A stretch of 39,220 nucleotides of DNA from Candidatus Micrarchaeota archaeon (GTDB lineage Archaea; Micrarchaeota; Micrarchaeia; Micrarchaeales; CABMGC01), in the NCBI GenBank assembly GCA_028866935.1, contig JAGWHH010000003.1:1-39220 (forward strand). Direction: 5' to 3'. The notes under the pieces were generated by a model. That model saw only the letters and a list, made by a program, of their open reading frames with translations, was not told the DNA's origin and searched no databases. Positions 26,351 through 37,400 of the stretch are shown here, piece after piece; the stretch's first letter is position 1, and each line of letters opens with the position of its first letter. A program made the translations under genes and the position numbers.

Positions 26351-26905
26351 TTATAGCGGGCCGAAGTGTTCTTCAAAATCTCTTATAAGGCCCCTAACAA
26401 CCTGCACTAAGCCTTCTTTTGGGCCAATCATCTCAATTGCAGCAGTCGTGGCCTGCCTTGCCTTGTCCTCATCGCCATCACGCACTGCCTTCTTTGCCCT
26501 CTCTGTCAATTTAATCGTAGTTGCCAACCGCCTTGCCTCTCTCTTTCTTTCCAGCCAACTCCTGCGCTGCCGTGCAGCATGCTCTTTCGGAGTGATCAGA
26601 AGCTGTCCTCCCTCAAGCATTTCCAAAACACGATAAGACGACTCATAACCTGATCTGTAACGCTCCTCCAACCTCCTGAAATTTTCAACTGTTTCAGGTG
26701 AGCGGCCCAGCTCTTCAGATAAGCTCACCGCCCTGTGCGCATCCTGCAAAGCGGTTTCCAATATTACGCCGACCCTCTCCTCGCTTACTCCAGGCGCCCT
26801 ATTGCCTCTTATCTCGCTGTCTATTGCATCATCGTAGTGTGGGAACCTGGTTTCAAGTCCTAATAGCTCTCTCTCCCTTGATCGTGTTTGCTGCCTGTGG
26901 GCCAT
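26351..26905 (-). CDS. Orphan, highly charged helical hypothetical protein
   Basis: 184-aa ORF filling the gap, with GTGATT RBS-like upstream; Arg/Glu-rich. Confidence 0.65.
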   Translation of the reverse strand: MAHRQQTRSRERELLGLETRFPHYDDAIDSEIRGNRAPGVSEERVGVILETALQDAHRAVSLSEELGRSPETVENFRRLEERYRSGYESSYRVLEMLEGGQLLITPKEHAARQRRSWLERKREARRLATTIKLTERAKKAVRDGDEDKARQATTAAIEMIGPKEGLVQVVRGLIRDFEEHFGPL

Positions 26906-26976
26906 AAAATCACAAGTCCATGATAATTTGTCCTTTAAGAAGGTTGTGGGTTAACTTTTTAAAATAACATATCCGT

Positions 26977-27417
26977 CTAGTAAGTGCCCATCAATTTCTT
27001 CAACTTCATGCTCTTGAAAGTCCTGCTTTTGTATGCGCCTATCCTAATAATCCTTGATCTTAAGCCATTCTCCACAATAAAATTCTTTAGGCGCTCCATA
27101 TCTGCCTTCTGGTCATACCCCAACGCTATGTAATCTGGCTTGAAACGCAAAAGCACCTTATACCTATCATCCTTCTTTTCGATACGGTTTCCTAAAACAG
27201 CACGCCAAACAAACCTTACGGAGCTTATAAGCTCAAGCCTGGATTTCTGGTCAATAAGTGGGCGCCTCCCCTTAGCCTTAAGTATGCTGTCATCCCTCGC
27301 AACCACCACGATAAGTCTGCCGTACGTGCTTGCACTTCTCAGATAATGCAGATGTCCCGGGTGGAGGACATCAAATGAGCCAAATGCAATTACAGTTTTT
27401 TCCTTCAAGTTTACCAT
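26977..27417 (-). CDS. ribL: FAD synthase / cytidylyltransferase family (RibL-like)
   Basis: FGSFDVLHPGH, VVARD and PDYIALGYDQ motifs. Confidence 0.82.
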   Translation of the reverse strand: MVNLKEKTVIAFGSFDVLHPGHLHYLRSASTYGRLIVVVARDDSILKAKGRRPLIDQKSRLELISSVRFVWRAVLGNRIEKKDDRYKVLLRFKPDYIALGYDQKADMERLKNFIVENGLRSRIIRIGAYKSRTFKSMKLKKLMGTY

Positions 27418-27576
27418 ATTTATATACCTAAATCAGTATTTAAAAGGGCAAGAAATCGGCGTCATATATAGAAACTTATAAAAGGTTTACTTACGATGTA
27501 TAATTGTACAGATAAGATATCATAAAAGCTATTTTAGGATATTTCTATTCGTAGTATTTAAAACTAAGGTGAAAAT

Positions 27577-29238
27577 ATGGCAGACAATCAATTAGGAGGA
27601 CAACAGTATTTGGTATTACCAGAAGGCGCAAGCAGGCTTCTGGGCAAGGAAGCGCAGAGGACTAATATTGCAGTAGGGTATGCAGTTGCAAGCATCGTCA
27701 AGACAACTCTGGGTCCAAAAGGAATGGACAAGATGCTAGTCAGCGAGCTTGGCGACATAGTCATAACCAACGATGGAGCAACAATCCTAGAAGAGATGAA
27801 TGTAGAGCATCCAGTAGCAAAGATACTTGTAGAGGTCGCAAAGACACAGGACAAGGAAGTAGGAGACGGCACAACAACTGCAGTAATACTAGCAGGAGAC
27901 CTTCTCAAGAATGCAGGAAGCCTTCTTGATCAGGGAATTCCTCCGGCAGCAATTATCAAGGGATATGAGCTTGCAAAGGAAAAGGCCCTTACGGCACTCA
28001 AAAACGCATCAAGCCCCGTATCGATCGACGACAGCGACAAGCTGGAAAGGATAGCAAGGATTTCTATCGGTTCAAAGAACATAGGAAGCGATACCACAAA
28101 GAAGTACCTTACAAAGCTCGCAATCCAGGCAATCAAGCAGGTTGCAGAGAAGAAGGACAACAAGGTAACCATAGACAAGGACTTCATAAAGCTTGAGAAG
28201 AAGGAAGGAGGCAGCATAGACGACACGCAGTTCATAAACGGCGTGCTCATAGACAAGGAGATGGCGCATCCAGGCATGCCAAAGTCGATAAAGAACGCAT
28301 CAATCGCGCTTCTTGACGTCGCTCTCGAAATAGAGAAGACAGAGACCGATGCAAAGATAGAGATCACATCGCCGGAACAGATGCAGGCATTCCTTAACCA
28401 AGAGGAGCAGATGCTCAAGTCCATGGTGGAGAAGATAACAAAGTCAAAGGCAAACGTCATATTCGTACAGAAGGGAATAGACGACGTTGCACAGCACTTC
28501 CTTTCAAAGCAGGGCATAGCCGCAATAAGGAGGGTCAAGAAGAGCGACATGGAGAAGCTGGCAAAGGCAACTGGCGCGCGCATGATAACAAGCCTCGATG
28601 ACCTCACTCAGTCAGACCTTGGATTTGCAGGCCTGGTAGAGGAAAGAAAGATATCAGGAGAGCAGATGGTATTCGTTGAGAAGTGCAAAGATCCAAAGAG
28701 CGTCACAATATTCATCAGGGGAGGCACAAAGCAGTCCGCTGACGAGGTCGAAAGGGCAATAACTGACGTAATCGGGGCTCTTACAAGCGCAGTTGAGGAC
28801 GGAAGATACGTAACTGGAGGTGGCAGCACAGAGATAGAAGTGGCAATGAAGCTCAGGGATCAGGCAACAGACGTGGGCGGCAGGGAGCAGCTTGCAATAC
28901 AGGCATTCGCAGACGCGCTTGAAGTGATTCCAAAGGCCCTTGCTGACAGTGCAGGAATGGATCCCATCGACACACTTGTGCAGCTAAGGACAAAGCACAA
29001 GGCAAAGGACGGCAGACCGTTCGGCATAGACGTTTACGAGAACCGCACCGCAGACATGGAGAAGCTTGGCGTAATTGAGCCTCTTAAGGTCAAGTTACAG
29101 GCAATAACAAGCGCAACAGAAGCTACGGTGTCTATACTAAGGATAGACGACATGATAAGCTCCAAGGGCAGGGCCCCTGCCGGGGGCGGCATGCCTGGAG
29201 GAATGCCAGGCGGCATGGGCGGAGGAATGGAGGACTAA
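27577..29238 (+). CDS. ths: Thermosome (group II chaperonin) subunit
   Basis: [24 protein letters not shown] and GGM-repeat tail; GGTGA RBS. Confidence 0.97.
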   Translation: MADNQLGGQQYLVLPEGASRLLGKEAQRTNIAVGYAVASIVKTTLGPKGMDKMLVSELGDIVITNDGATILEEMNVEHPVAKILVEVAKTQDKEVGDGTTTAVILAGDLLKNAGSLLDQGIPPAAIIKGYELAKEKALTALKNASSPVSIDDSDKLERIARISIGSKNIGSDTTKKYLTKLAIQAIKQVAEKKDNKVTIDKDFIKLEKKEGGSIDDTQFINGVLIDKEMAHPGMPKSIKNASIALLDVALEIEKTETDAKIEITSPEQMQAFLNQEEQMLKSMVEKITKSKANVIFVQKGIDDVAQHFLSKQGIAAIRRVKKSDMEKLAKATGARMITSLDDLTQSDLGFAGLVEERKISGEQMVFVEKCKDPKSVTIFIRGGTKQSADEVERAITDVIGALTSAVEDGRYVTGGGSTEIEVAMKLRDQATDVGGREQLAIQAFADALEVIPKALADSAGMDPIDTLVQLRTKHKAKDGRPFGIDVYENRTADMEKLGVIEPLKVKLQAITSATEATVSILRIDDMISSKGRAPAGGGMPGGMPGGMGGGMED

Positions 29239-29341
29239 AGGTCCTCTTATTCCTTTAAGGCCTTTTCTATTCCTACCGTTCCATATTTCTGATTCCAGCT
29301 GCTTTAAATATCATAAAAACACACAACTCTGTGTTGACTTT

Positions 29342-29839
29342 ATGAACAGGACTACTGGTAAAAACGCAATAGAGTTTCCAAATTCAGCAATACATATTAC
29401 TAGCCAGCCTGTCAACTGCTCAGATGCTGAGAACTTGCTAAGAAGCCAAGGCAAACGCCTGGCCTTTGTACAAGAGGCACTAATGGACAGCGAACTTGTA
29501 GGCAGCCTCGCATTAAGCCTTGACATACTCGTTGCAAGGACACCTGCGCCAGGCTCAAACGGCATATATCTAATCGACAGGGTGGGAAACTCGCTATCAT
29601 TAGCGCCAAGAACCAACACGATAGGAAAGCACACGCGCTCAAGGGATTACCTGCGTGTAATCATCAGGCAGGCCTCAGACACAAAAAGGCCACTTATCCT
29701 TACAAAGTTTCCTGATATCTATATGCTTACGGACAGCATAGGCGTTCCTGCAGCAAGGGCCGCCGTCAAAGAACTTACTGAAAGTGAAATCAAGTCGGCT
29801 CCAAAACAAGGCGTCATCCCCCTGCTTAGGCCGCTTTAA
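29342..29839 (+). CDS. Orphan hypothetical protein, possibly a distant relative of 9437-10054
   Basis: 165-aa ORF with TTTAAATA upstream; GIYLIDRVG and RPLIL segments. Confidence 0.6.
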   Translation: MNRTTGKNAIEFPNSAIHITSQPVNCSDAENLLRSQGKRLAFVQEALMDSELVGSLALSLDILVARTPAPGSNGIYLIDRVGNSLSLAPRTNTIGKHTRSRDYLRVIIRQASDTKRPLILTKFPDIYMLTDSIGVPAARAAVKELTESEIKSAPKQGVIPLLRPL

Positions 29840-29906
29840 ATGGAAGGGTAGCAAAACCCTTATATACTAAAAAGCCCAACAAAATCCACGTTGAGAGTGC
29901 TATTAC

Positions 29907-30479
29907 ATGACAAAGCTTATACTCGTTACAGGTACCGCAGGTGCAGGGAAGAGCACCATACTGTCCAAAATCGGTAAGAACACAAGCAAGATAAAGATAA
30001 TCAACCTTGGAACGGAAATGCTCACAATCCTAAAGGAGAAATTCAACATAACAGACAGGGACAACATAAGGACCCTGGATGACAAAAACACAATACTTGT
30101 AAGGAATGCGATAATGCAGAAGATAATAGACTCAAAAGCCGACACTATAATAGACACGCATGCATCAATCAAACAGGGAAGAAGATACAGGCCCGGCTTT
30201 TCAATAGATGAGCTGCAGAAGATCAGGATAAGTGCAATTATCTACATAGATGCAACATCAGAAGAGATCCTTGAAAGGAGCCTGAGCGACAGTTCAAGGA
30301 TGAGGGCATACGAAACCCTTGCAGAAATTGACGAGTGGAGAAGCGTCAACATCTCGATAATATCGACGTTTGCGGTATATTTAAATATTCCAATATACAT
30401 AATATATAATCAGCAGGGGAAGCAGGACGAGGCGGCAAGGGAAGTCCTAAACATAACACACGAAATAATAGGCGCATAA
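29907..30479 (+). CDS. adkA: Archaeal adenylate kinase
   Basis: VTGTAGAGKST, DRDNIR, IIDTHASI; upstream of DUF106. Confidence 0.9.
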   Translation: MTKLILVTGTAGAGKSTILSKIGKNTSKIKIINLGTEMLTILKEKFNITDRDNIRTLDDKNTILVRNAIMQKIIDSKADTIIDTHASIKQGRRYRPGFSIDELQKIRISAIIYIDATSEEILERSLSDSSRMRAYETLAEIDEWRSVNISIISTFAVYLNIPIYIIYNQQGKQDEAAREVLNITHEIIGA

Positions 30480-30956
30480 ATGGATATCATACTGGTTGAG
30501 TTAATAGTAATAGCAATAGCCTATGTCTCATTATCCGTAATAGTGCAGCGCAAGTTCACAAACATGAAAAGGATAAAGGAGATAAGGTTAGAGCTCAACA
30601 AGATAACCAATGACCTTAGGAAGATGGGAAACAACATAAGCAAGGACATAATGCTTGCAAAACAAAATGAGATGGCAGCATTAACCACAGAGCTTATGAA
30701 GCACCAGCTTAAGGGCACACTGATAATATTTCCTATAGGCGTACTTTTATTCTATGTGGCGCTGCCACACCTGTTTTCAGCGCAGACAACGATATCTGTT
30801 TTATCGTTTCAGTTTACTTATAGGACGTTCTTCATAATAGCAGCATTCGTTCTAGGCATGATCTCCTCTATAGCGTTCGCTGTATACGATAAGGTTAATG
30901 CCAAGAAGATGCAAGCACCATCAACAGTTGCCCAACAGCCCGCAAATAGCGCTTAA
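30480..30956 (+). CDS. EMC3/TMCO1 (DUF106, Oxa1 superfamily) membrane protein
   Basis: TM, coiled coil and two further TMs; conserved adk-DUF106-L34e context. Confidence 0.85.
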   Translation: MDIILVELIVIAIAYVSLSVIVQRKFTNMKRIKEIRLELNKITNDLRKMGNNISKDIMLAKQNEMAALTTELMKHQLKGTLIIFPIGVLLFYVALPHLFSAQTTISVLSFQFTYRTFFIIAAFVLGMISSIAFAVYDKVNAKKMQAPSTVAQQPANSA

Positions 30957-31021
30957 TTCCTTTTTATCTGGGCTATTATCTAGGATTTACATGCTCCTAT
31001 GATCATATCGTCTGGTGAATA

Positions 31022-31375
31022 TTACTGATGTCTAGAAACATTAGGCTCTCTAGCAGCTTGTTTTAATGTTTCTCTTTTTGCTACGTATATGCTCTCAGTG
31101 CCGCTGTTTACCACTCTTTGCGAGGAGATCTGCTCGCCTGCATGTATGGTGGAGTATCCATACACTTGTGATCTGTCAAGCACACAAGCCCCATTCTCTA
31201 TAATTGCCCTGCCCCCTACTCTAGCAGTAGACTCCACAAAACCTCCCATCCCGCCCCCAGGGTTAACGTGCCTGCAAAACAGCCTATCCCCAAATACCGC
31301 GTCTCTAACCCCAAGCGGTAACCTTTCCAACTGTGAAATATCATCTATCCTTATCGGCCTGCTCTTAACTACCAT
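31022..31375 (-). CDS. Orphan protein with a short left-handed beta-helix (hexapeptide) repeat
   Basis: RHVNPGGGMGGFVESTARVGGRAIIENGACVLDRSQVYGYSTI; GTGATT RBS-like upstream. Confidence 0.6.
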   Translation of the reverse strand: MVVKSRPIRIDDISQLERLPLGVRDAVFGDRLFCRHVNPGGGMGGFVESTARVGGRAIIENGACVLDRSQVYGYSTIHAGEQISSQRVVNSGTESIYVAKRETLKQAAREPNVSRHQ

Positions 31376-31526
31376 TTAATCACAAAAGAGATGCACAAGA
31401 CTGATATTAAAACCTTAACTAATCCAGTAAATTCCCACCATACCATAACTAATAAATACGTTGGTAAACCTAATGTAAACCATATTTCGATGACTAGAGA
31501 GTCAAATCGATGTTAAAGGTGCTTTT

Positions 31527-31847
31527 TTGCCAAAACCAATGCATAGATCAAGAAGCTTAAGGAGGCTGGACAGGGTTACCCCTAAGAACAAGCATGTTAT
31601 TCACTACAAAAGGAAGGCAAATTCTCTTCCACACTGCGCCATATGTGGCAGTGAGCTTAACGGCATACACGAGAAGGGAAGAGGAAAGACGTCATCCACA
31701 AACTCAAGGAAGTTTGGCGGTGTCCTTTGTGCATCCTGCACGGGCAATGTAATAAAGCTCGCAAGCAGGATAGAGCAGGGCGAAATGAAACTTAATGACA
31801 TAAGCGTTGTTGACAGGGCATACGTTTTGCAAATGATATCACATTAG
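31527..31847 (+). CDS. rpl34e: 50S ribosomal protein L34e (TTG start)
   Basis: RSRS.RR..RVTP, CAICG and RKFGGVLCASC motifs. Confidence 0.92.
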   Translation: MPKPMHRSRSLRRLDRVTPKNKHVIHYKRKANSLPHCAICGSELNGIHEKGRGKTSSTNSRKFGGVLCASCTGNVIKLASRIEQGEMKLNDISVVDRAYVLQMISH

Positions 31848-31857
31848 TGTTGTCTTC

Positions 31858-32376
31858 ATGATAATAGCGATATCTGGCCTTACGGGTTCAGGAAAGTCGA
31901 CAATCGGAGAGAAGATTGCTCAAAAGCTTAAGATAAAACACGTCTCAATGACACACAAGAAGTTTGTGCCAGCAGGTACCGACCTTCTGAAATTTACAAA
32001 AGGAGCAAAGCCATCATTCGAAAAGTCATTTGACAGTGAAATAATAAGGGAGGCAAGGAAGGAAGACTGTGTGGTAACGACCTGGCTAGGCCCGTGGCTC
32101 TTAAAGGATGCAACTGTAAAGGTATGGCTCCATGCCAGCCTTGACACAAGGATAAAGAGGAAGATAAAGGAGCTTGGCGGCAAGCCGCTAAGGCATGTAA
32201 AGAAGTACGTCATCGAAAAGGACGATACAAACAGGAAAAGATACAAGAGAATCTACAAGATAGACTTGGATAACCGCAGAGTGTTCGATATAGATATAAA
32301 TACGGACAGGCTCACAATAAATCAGGCAGCGGACCTCATAATAGCGCTTGCAAGAATAAAATCCATCAAGAAGTGA
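31858..32376 (+). CDS. cmk: Cytidylate kinase (archaeal type)
   Basis: IAISGLTGSGKST, VWLHAS..RIKR, RYKRIYKID and DIDINT; L34e-cmk-L14e context. Confidence 0.88.
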   Translation: MIIAISGLTGSGKSTIGEKIAQKLKIKHVSMTHKKFVPAGTDLLKFTKGAKPSFEKSFDSEIIREARKEDCVVTTWLGPWLLKDATVKVWLHASLDTRIKRKIKELGGKPLRHVKKYVIEKDDTNRKRYKRIYKIDLDNRRVFDIDINTDRLTINQAADLIIALARIKSIKK

Positions 32377-32380
32377 TTTA

Positions 32381-32695
32381 ATGGCTTTCGACGCAATAAA
32401 GACAAGATACCACAAAGTGATGGAGAATTACCATGCAAAAAGGCTGGAGGGTTCTGAGGCCAAGGGGCAGATACACACTGCAAAGAAGCACGCCGCTCTG
32501 GCAGGGTACCATTCCACTTTCACCGTCACGTACAAGGATGATGGAAAGCCAAAGTTCTATGACAGGGAGGTGGACAGACTTAGACACGAAGAGTTCCAGA
32601 GCCTGTTAAGGATGGGAGAACGGGTTTTACTGGAAAGACCATGGAACCAACCCGGCGGCAAACATTCAACAGTACAAAATGAGTATGAATACTAA
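32381..32695 (+). CDS. Orphan hypothetical protein inserted between cmk and rpl14e
   Basis: 104-aa ORF tightly filling the gap, with GTGA RBS overlapping the cmk stop. Confidence 0.6.
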   Translation: MAFDAIKTRYHKVMENYHAKRLEGSEAKGQIHTAKKHAALAGYHSTFTVTYKDDGKPKFYDREVDRLRHEEFQSLLRMGERVLLERPWNQPGGKHSTVQNEYEY

Positions 32696-32708
32696 CTAAG
32701 TGATTAAA

Positions 32709-33008
32709 ATGGCACTTTTGGAAGAAGGAAGAGTTTGTATAAAGAAATTCGGAAGGGACGCAGGCAGCAAGGCGATTGTCACGAAAGTAATAGACAAGAA
32801 CTTCGTGATGGTGATGACCTCAACCAGGCCAAGGGACAGGCGCACGAACATAAAGCACCTCGAGTTCATATCCGAGAAGGTCGACCTTGGCAACAAAGGC
32901 CAGATCGCAAAGACACTTGAGATAGACGAGGCCAAGATCGGTGCACAGCCCAAAACAAGGCCAGCTGCTCAAAAACCATCTGCTTCACCAGCAAAGCCCA
33001 AGAAATAA
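32709..33008 (+). CDS. rpl14e: 50S ribosomal protein L14e
   Basis: GRVCIKKFGRDAG (KOW), RRTNIKHLE; Pro/Lys/Ala tail. Confidence 0.92.
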   Translation: MALLEEGRVCIKKFGRDAGSKAIVTKVIDKNFVMVMTSTRPRDRRTNIKHLEFISEKVDLGNKGQIAKTLEIDEAKIGAQPKTRPAAQKPSASPAKPKK

Positions 33009-33074
33009 ACCCATCTGCGCTATTCCTTTAGGGAACAAATAAATACTTTGTTTGGAATCTAAATACAGGTTTCA

Positions 33075-34400
33075 ATGGGATTCAAGCCTACAAAGAAGAT
33101 AAACGATGTGCTTGCCAGGGACAGAAAAGTAATCCTGACCACAACCCGCGGCGACTTTCCATTTATAGCTTCTCATGGAGACGGCGATTACGTATATGAC
33201 ATAGAGGGCAACAGGTTCATCGACTTCTCCTCTTTCATAGCAGTCTACAATTTCGGAGTAAACGGAACTAAGCAGGTCAGGTCTGCGGTAAAGGCGCAGG
33301 TCGACAGGCTGATGCACTCCGCATTCACGGACTACTACGCAGAGGAGCCCGTTGAGTTCGCCGAGAACCTCCTCAAAATGTTTCCAAAGTCATTCGGGAA
33401 GGTTTTCTTCTCAAATTCCGGCACCGAGGCCAACGAAGCCGCAATAAAATTCTCTAAAATATTTACAAAAAGACCTTATGTGATGGGATTCTATAACTCC
33501 TTCCATGGCAGAACCTATGGGTCATTATCACTTACGTCGTCTAAAACAGTACAGCGTGAACATTACGGGCCATTCACAGCTGCAGTGCATGCACCATATG
33601 CATACTGTTACAGATGTCCATTCGGAAAAGAATATCCTTCATGCGGCATGGAATGCGTAGATTACATAAAGAATTATACCCTCAAGAAGGACGTTTCGGC
33701 CAAAGAAGTATCTGCAATATTCATGGAGCCAATCCAAGGAGAAGGTGGCTATATTGTACCGCCCAAAGAGTTTGTGAAGGAGATAAGGAAGATTGCATCC
33801 GACAACGGTATTCTTTTGGTTTCTGACGAGGTGCAGGCTGGATATATGAGGACAGGAAAGTTCCTTGCAATGAGCAATTTCGATGTCGAGGCGGATATGT
33901 ACACAATGGCAAAGGCAATAGGAGGCGGGCTTCCGATGGGTGTAACCATAGTTAAGTCATCTCTTGGGGATCTTCCTGAAGGCGCTCACTCAAACACATT
34001 CGGAGGCAATCTTGTATCTATTGCAGCAGCAGATGCGCTCCTAAAGTATGTCAAGAAGAATATACCTAGCATAGAGGACCAGGCTCAAAGCAAGGGCAAG
34101 CTTGTAATGAGCAGATTTGAAGCAATGCAGAGCAAATGTGAGATAATTGGAGACGTTCGTGGCATCGGATTCATGGTAGGCATAGAACTTGTCAAGGACA
34201 GGAAGACAAAGGAGCCAGCAGTGAAAGAACGTGACGAAATAATAACAGAATGTTTTAATGCAGGCCTTATCTTACTCCCAGCAGGAGAGTCAACGATCAG
34301 GATTATACCCCCGATAACAATTTCACACAAGAACCTGGAGGATGGACTCGCAATCCTAGAATCAGCGATAATCAGCGCAGCGCGCAAACTCGGTAAATAG
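33075..34400 (+). CDS. Class III PLP aminotransferase (acetylornithine/4-aminobutyrate-like)
   Basis: NSGTEANE, FHGRT, EPIQGEGG, DEVQAG, AKAIGGG and HSNTFGGN motifs. Confidence 0.92.
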   Translation: MGFKPTKKINDVLARDRKVILTTTRGDFPFIASHGDGDYVYDIEGNRFIDFSSFIAVYNFGVNGTKQVRSAVKAQVDRLMHSAFTDYYAEEPVEFAENLLKMFPKSFGKVFFSNSGTEANEAAIKFSKIFTKRPYVMGFYNSFHGRTYGSLSLTSSKTVQREHYGPFTAAVHAPYAYCYRCPFGKEYPSCGMECVDYIKNYTLKKDVSAKEVSAIFMEPIQGEGGYIVPPKEFVKEIRKIASDNGILLVSDEVQAGYMRTGKFLAMSNFDVEADMYTMAKAIGGGLPMGVTIVKSSLGDLPEGAHSNTFGGNLVSIAAADALLKYVKKNIPSIEDQAQSKGKLVMSRFEAMQSKCEIIGDVRGIGFMVGIELVKDRKTKEPAVKERDEIITECFNAGLILLPAGESTIRIIPPITISHKNLEDGLAILESAIISAARKLGK

Positions 34401-37400
34401 TCACATAAACTTCTTCAGGCTGAACTGGTTGTCGTCCTCTATTCCGTAGTTTACGACAAAAATGTCATTAATCTCGCTTTTTATCAGGTCAAGACGCTGC
34501 CTTATGTAATTATCAAGCTGGTATTTATCAGCGAGGTTTATTGCAACGTCAAGATACTTCTCGATACTCCCTTTCGATATCGTCAGCAGAAGCTTTCCCC
34601 CGTCCCTCTGGCATACTCCGGAGAGCGGCACCCTCCTGTATTTTGCGTTGCAGTTTGAGCACCTGAATATCTGTCTAGAAAAGGAATGAAGGTTGCCTAT
34701 CAGGTCAGGTATGAAGTGGCTCATTATGACTTTCCTAGCAGCATCCCTTATGTCTACTGCTTCGATCATTTCCATAAGCTGGAATTCTGCATCTAGCTTT
34801 TCTTGCATTGTTTTGAGCGTCGTGTAAGTGCTTCTTTTTGGCGAATCCATAACCGCGTGCGGCGAAGACCCGTGCGTGAAACCAAGATTTCTATAAACTT
34901 GGTCCGTCCCCAGCCTGTCTTCCACAAGCCCCACCTTGACTTCCGAAGGGGAAGGGTAATTCATTGTTTTATCATAAAATTCAACGCCATAGCCTTCTAC
35001 AGTTTCCATTACATGGACTTCATCATCCACCTCCTCCGGCTTTACATTGATCGTAAGGATAAGCGGCGTATCCATCGTCCCACCCACCGTCTGCGGAAGG
35101 TAGTCCCTTGAGAAATTTATAAGTGCATCAAGCAGGAGCATGGTGGTATCCTCATCACCGTCGCAGTTCCTTCGCCTTGCTGATATTGTGTATGGATGTG
35201 CGAAGCCTACGTTAGCTCTGCTAAACCCTATCACCCTGTTAAGCACTCCGCAAGAGGTGTGCGGAGACAATGTTATTACCAGCTTACCGAGAAGGTCTTC
35301 TGGAGATTTTGCATTATAGAACGGCTCAAGGCCATATACCTTCTCGAGCATCTGGTCCACTGACTTGCAGACCTTTAGCATGTAATCTGCCCCACGCACG
35401 TTAAGTATAACGTCTTGATGGCGCATCTCTACAAGCTGTCCAGTGTCCTTAAGCTCATTTCCAAGGCAATCGTGCGTGTATCCAAGCTCCCTGAGTTTCT
35501 GTAGAGAAACCCCCATTTCCTCAGGATAGAAGTGTGTTATGGGTACGTCTGTAGCATCAAAGCGCGCAGTGCCGTCCTTGAATATGTACACCCCATTGTC
35601 CGCTCTGATCATTCCCTTTTCAATGGGCTCAACAAGCTTATCCTTGTTAGTCATCCCCCTCACCCCCTTTATCACTGTTGGCATTTTTCCGTTTCCTAAA
35701 CGCTTATTTGCATCTGAAACCAGCTTCACTATATCTATGTCTCTTTTGCTGTATGCTATGGTCTCAGTTTTGCAGACAGGGCAGTTAAGCACCACAGTGA
35801 TCCTGCCACACGTAGGGCAAGACCTCTCTATGTAAGCTCTGCGTCCGCAGTCATAACAGTATTCTGATTGCACAAGCCTCTTGCAATTTGCACATCTGTA
35901 GTTGGCTATATCTATGCTGATCTCCGATTTGAACTTCTTCGATCCGGTCAAGTAGGCATTTGTTATGTTCCTGTCCTTGCCGCCGTAAGCGCTTATAGGA
36001 AACAAAACGTTCGGGGCAGGCTTCATCAGCCTCTCCTTTGCCTTTTCAGGCCTTCCTATTCTTGCAGCTATGTAAGTTGATCGTCTCGGGATCTTGAACG
36101 GTGAAACTTTATTCACCAGGGCAAGCGCCTCGGGGTTTTCTGACTGGTATTTGTCTACTACAAGCTCACTAACATTGAGCAATCCTTCTTCTCCGCATGC
36201 AAATCCAAGGGACGCTATCAAGCTCTTCGCGTAATCACTCTCCAGTACTAACTTGTTATCAGTTACATTATGCGGCACGTTCAGAAGTTCAAGAGTACGC
36301 TTAATGTCACTTTTTCTATCAATAGAGACTTCGCCCACTTCGTAAAGATTTTTAGCAGTGATCTTTGAGTTTCTAATGAGTTCTAATGCAAGACTCTGTA
36401 TGTCCTCCCTGGTTACTGCCTGGAATTCGTAAAGGTATTTCGGATGTATCGGCACTTTGTAAACTAATGATAGTTTATATGCATCGTCAAATCCAATGGC
36501 GTTATCAAAACCCTTATCATATCCAGCAGATTTCAGCTGCGCTTCCCAATACTCCTCAACATAGCTTGTAGGTTTCAATTGCGAATTTGACTTCTTGAAA
36601 TCCCCATATGTTATGAGTATGTCCCCAATTGAGATTATCTTCGCAACCTGGTCTTTGTATTTCATGGCGGTCTGTGCATCATTTATTCGAAGGGCATTGC
36701 CGTTCTTGAGAAGCACGAATGGCCCCTCAAGGGAGTCCACAGGAGATGCTACGCATCCTTTTCCTGCAGATTCCATCTTAAGCTGCGTTCCTACCGCTAT
36801 GAATCCCATTGTCAGGATCATTGTAGCCGGGCTAAATCCCTTTGCAGCAATTCCAGTAAAGCGGCTCCTTCCGTATCTAAGCCTGAACCCTCCAACTTGA
36901 TTCGGGTATGCCAATATCGGCCTTCCTGCAACAAGCTCGTCAAGGAATGTTGACTGCGGTGCCGCATTCTTATCCGCCTTCTTCACGTCCACCTTAATTA
37001 TGTTGTTTAGCCAGTCCCAGTCAAGTCCTACTGCCTTGACTTCCTTAACCAACTTCTTCGCCTTCTGTGCTATGCCTTCGCACAGCACAAGCGGAACCCC
37101 GCCGCGCACCTTATTTGTAATTGGAACTTCTTTTCCATCATAAGTTGTACGCTTAAGGTTCGCATGCACACCAACCTCGAGCGTGTTTTCAGTAGGAACT
37201 CCATCAACGCACACTGGGCAATTTGATACTATAACACGCAAGTCGTCATCAGGCGGCTTGTATTGCAGCCTTGCGGCCCTTGAATGGTAAAGTTCGGCCT
37301 CTTCCACATACCTTTCGATCTCATCAAAACTGGCTTTGTACTGCCCAATATCGAATATTCTTCTTGCATAATCCGCAAGCGCTACGGACTGCGCAGCAGC

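Noticed and set aside
27418-27576. AT-rich gap as a possible replication origin
   Set aside because: No ORB-like repeats or adjacent orc1/cdc6; it is explained by divergent ribL/ths promoters.
29178-29232. GGC/GGA-ATG tandem repeat
   Set aside because: This is the ordinary GGM-repeat tail of chaperonins.
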